Source: Candidatus Limnocylindrales bacterium (GTDB taxonomy: Bacteria > Moduliflexota > Moduliflexia > Moduliflexales > JAUQPW01). Taken from it: DNA of 64,000 nucleotides. The translations under genes were made by a program, and so were the position numbers. Below the pieces are notes generated by a model. The model was given only the letters and a program-made list of their open reading frames with translations, did not search any database and was not told the DNA's origin. Position 1 is the first letter of the stretch. Every line of letters starts with the position of its first letter. Positions 62,171 through 64,000 of the stretch are shown piece by piece. The stretch lies in NCBI GenBank assembly GCA_035559535.1, contig DATMBG010000012.1, positions 186,001-250,000 of the forward strand, in the 5' to 3' direction.

Positions 62171-64000
62171 ATGGAAACCATGTTATGGGTGATCCCGGCG
62201 TTACCTCTTCTAGCGAGTATTGTAACCATCTTATGGGGTAAGCGCTGGATTCGAGAAAAAAGCCACTGGCTTCCGTGTATAGGAGTGGGGATTTCATTTC
62301 TTCTTTCTCTGATTACGTTTTTCCAGGTATGGAATCGAGGGACCCTTCAGCAGGTTCTCTACTCCTGGATCTCCTCTGGAGATTTTCAGGTGAATCTGAC
62401 TTTACAGGTAGATCCTTTAACAGCGATGATGGTGGTAGTGGTTTCTGGAGTTAGCTTTCTGATCCATATTTACTCCATCGGATATATGCATGGGGATGAG
62501 GGCTATCATCGCTTTTTCAGCTTTATTTCCCTGTTTACGTTTTCCATGCTGATGCTCGTCATGTCTGCCAATTTTCTCCTGCTTTATGTATTTTGGGAAG
62601 CCGTAGGGCTATGCTCCTATTTATTGATCGGCCACTGGTATTATAAAAAATCGGCGGCCGATGCCGGAAAGAAAGCTTTTATTGTTAACCGGGTCGGAGA
62701 CTTTGGATTTGGGTTGGGGGTTATGTTATTGTTTACGACTTTTGGAACCCTGGATTATCGGACCATATTTTCTCGATCCGGGGAATTCGTCGGTAAGACT
62801 TTCACCCTTTTTGGGATAGAATTTGATTTACTAACCCTCACCTGTCTGTTGCTTTTTATGGGGGCTATAGGAAAATCGGCCCAGTTTCCCCTTCACGTAT
62901 GGTTACCGGATGCCATGGAAGGTCCTACCCCGGTCAGTGCTCTTATCCATGCTGCAACCATGGTTACAGCCGGGGTGTATCTGGTTGCCCGCTGTTACCC
63001 CCTTTATAATCTGGCCCCCAAGGCTTTATTCACCGTCGCCCTCATAGGTGGCTTCACGGCCTTCTTTGCAGCCACCATCGGTTTAGTACAAAACGATATT
63101 AAGCGGGTTTTAGCCTATTCTACCATCAGTCAGTTGGGTTATATGTTCATGGCCTTAGGGGCTGGTGCCTATGTAGCTGCCATCTTCCATCTGGTTACCC
63201 ATGCTTTTTTTAAAGCCCTTTTATTCCTGGCTTCAGGAAGCGTGATTCACGCCCTGGGGGGCGAGCAAGATATGCGGAATATGGGAGGACTTAAAGATAA
63301 AATACCGGGAACCTATTGGACCTTTTTAATAGGTGCCCTGGCCCTTGCCGGTATACCTCCTCTGGCAGGCTTCTGGAGTAAAGATGAAATTTTGATGGGA
63401 ACCTTTCAGGCAGAATACTATGTTTTCTGGATCTTAGGGTCCGCAACGGCTTTTATGACGGCATTTTACATTTTCAGGTTAATTTTTATGACCTTTTTTG
63501 GAGACTTTCGAGGTAGGCACGGGGTTGAGCATCCTGTTCATGAGTCCCCTCCGGTCATGCTTTATCCGTTAATCATTCTGGCTATTTTATCGATCTTTGC
63601 CGGATGGATGCTGGGATTTCCTCCAGAACATGGATTTATCCATACTTTCCTGGCTCCAACTCTGGCCGAAACGCAAAGTACTGCTTTCCCGCACGAGGTA
63701 ACTCAAGGAGGTACCGGACTCATGTTTTTCTCGATTCTTGTGGCAGCCCTGGGGATCTTGACCGCCTGGATATTTTACGTAAAAAGACCGGAAATGCCCC
63801 TAAAGCTCGCAGAGACTTACCCCTCCACCTATGACTGGCTGCTTCATAAATATTGGTTCGATGAAATGTACGATGCCTTATTTGTGAATCCGACGAAGCA
63901 GTTTGCTAACTTCCTCTGGCAAGGTTTTGATAATTCCCTTATAGATGGTGTTATAAACGGTATTGCCCGTGGTATAGACCTTATGAGTGCTAAGCTACGA
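62171..64000 (+). CDS. nuoL: NADH-quinone oxidoreductase subunit L (runs off the window; absent from the ORF track)
   Basis: manual translation from ATG 62171: FWEAVGLCSYLLIG, KAFIVNRVGD, GKSAQFPLHVWLPDAMEGPTPVSALIHAATMV, THAFFKA. Confidence 0.95.
   Translation, partial: METMLWVIPALPLLASIVTILWGKRWIREKSHWLPCIGVGISFLLSLITFFQVWNRGTLQQVLYSWISSGDFQVNLTLQVDPLTAMMVVVVSGVSFLIHIYSIGYMHGDEGYHRFFSFISLFTFSMLMLVMSANFLLLYVFWEAVGLCSYLLIGHWYYKKSAADAGKKAFIVNRVGDFGFGLGVMLLFTTFGTLDYRTIFSRSGEFVGKTFTLFGIEFDLLTLTCLLLFMGAIGKSAQFPLHVWLPDAMEGPTPVSALIHAATMVTAGVYLVARCYPLYNLAPKALFTVALIGGFTAFFAATIGLVQNDIKRVLAYSTISQLGYMFMALGAGAYVAAIFHLVTHAFFKALLFLASGSVIHALGGEQDMRNMGGLKDKIPGTYWTFLIGALALAGIPPLAGFWSKDEILMGTFQAEYYVFWILGSATAFMTAFYIFRLIFMTFFGDFRGRHGVEHPVHESPPVMLYPLIILAILSIFAGWMLGFPPEHGFIHTFLAPTLAETQSTAFPHEVTQGGTGLMFFSILVAALGILTAWIFYVKRPEMPLKLAETYPSTYDWLLHKYWFDEMYDALFVNPTKQFANFLWQGFDNSLIDGVINGIARGIDLMSAKLR

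Noticed and set aside
63604-63834. 76-aa + strand ORF
   Set aside because: out-of-frame overlap within nuoL

Overview
This is a chromosomal window from a diderm (LPS-producing) bacterium. Gene order and content resemble Deltaproteobacteria, Nitrospirota or candidate-phylum genomes (inference). Most of it is housekeeping: queG, dnaJ-hspR, mreBCD, thrB, lnt-prfB-lysS-lolE-lolD-mcsA-mcsB-bamA-skp-lpxD-fabZ-lpxA, hisC/H/G, ribBA, htrA, sirC-hemD, kdsB-pyrG and nuoJKL. I saw no prophage, transposase, CRISPR array, tRNA or rRNA. The most unusual part is 1-13.2 kb, where two paralogous region-1.1-less sigma70 genes bracket a three-gene block. One sigma gene sits behind a sigmaE-type promoter and the other follows an HspR/HAIR-controlled dnaJ-hspR pair. 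The block encodes (i) a kinase-FHA-GAF-cyclase fusion whose kinase and cyclase catalytic motifs are both broken, (ii) a very acidic repeat protein with a CdvA-like coiled coil and zinc ribbon, and (iii) an MglA GTPase fused through an acidic linker to a degenerate HEPN-like domain, with no MglB nearby. Other signals: a candidate short 6S-like RNA, a RibBA with a degenerate DHBP-synthase half, a Get3/ArsA-HSP20 ATPase with a small IxI-tailed partner, a Rex-like box at the nuoJKL promoter, the prfB +1 frameshift, and many intergenic palindromes (GTAG-REP-like units and hairpins built of tandem 7/8-mers). All calls come from motif reading by eye; no searches were run.
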